64,000 bases of DNA from a virus. Position 1 is the first letter of the stretch, and every line of letters begins with the position of its first letter. Location: positions 2,387 through 66,386 of the IMG/VR virus record IMGVR_UViG_3300005534_000013. One strand, 5' to 3'. A program made the translations under genes and the position numbers. The notes beneath the pieces were generated by a model that made no database searches, was not told the DNA's origin, and was given only the letters and a program-made list of their open reading frames with translations. Below are positions 63,917 through 64,000 of the stretch, in pieces.

Positions 63917-64000
63917 TCAGCGGCAGCATGCGCGAGGCAGTTGTAGATTGTGTCGCACGGGCTTGTGTCGTGGTGGTTCCCCGGAGCGATCCCGGGGAAC

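Noticed and set aside
63976-64000. Terminal repeat or circular overlap with the window start
   Set aside because: Only GAAC is shared; the end is a local hairpin (GTTCCCCGG..CCGGGGAAC). Completeness cannot be shown from this window.
1-64000. tRNA/tmRNA genes and alternative genetic code
   Set aside because: No cloverleaf was recognised in the intergenic gaps; genes are intact and tightly coupled under the standard code, with TAA, TAG and TGA all used as stops.

Overview
The window looks like most or all of a high-GC tailed-phage genome with a contractile tail. GcrA-like and GapR-like genes suggest an alphaproteobacterial host, which is inference. Gene order: small accessory genes including a papain-family protease and a DEDDh exonuclease (0.1-7.5 kb); terminase, DUF1073-type portal and MuF-type minor head protein (7.5-13.2 kb); an 8-gene fibre-like insertion inside the head module (13.2-20.0 kb); a NUDIX-DUF2213 fusion, scaffold, decoration protein and DUF2184-type capsid (20-24.6 kb); neck, sheath, tube, frameshifted chaperone, tape measure, baseplate and tail fibre (24.7-39.8 kb); small membrane proteins and a DUF1906-type endolysin (39.8-42.7 kb); an exported-protein / glycosyltransferase-sulfotransferase island (43-45.4 kb); a leftward early/recombination operon (45.4-56.4 kb); and a rightward replication operon with an MT-A70 methylase and an intein-containing DnaB (56.5-63.9 kb). 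I saw no integrase, CI-type repressor, tRNA or CRISPR array. The main observations are: (1) three fibre/tailspike-like proteins with Sec signal peptides, poly-Gly tracts and even Cys counts; (2) an adjacent putative ruler-templated filament cassette; (3) one ~70-aa Thr/Gly module inserted, sometimes nested, in four unrelated virion proteins; (4) a recurring x-A-x-D motif across head proteins that would release a NUDIX domain. All family assignments come from motif recognition by eye; no database searches were run.
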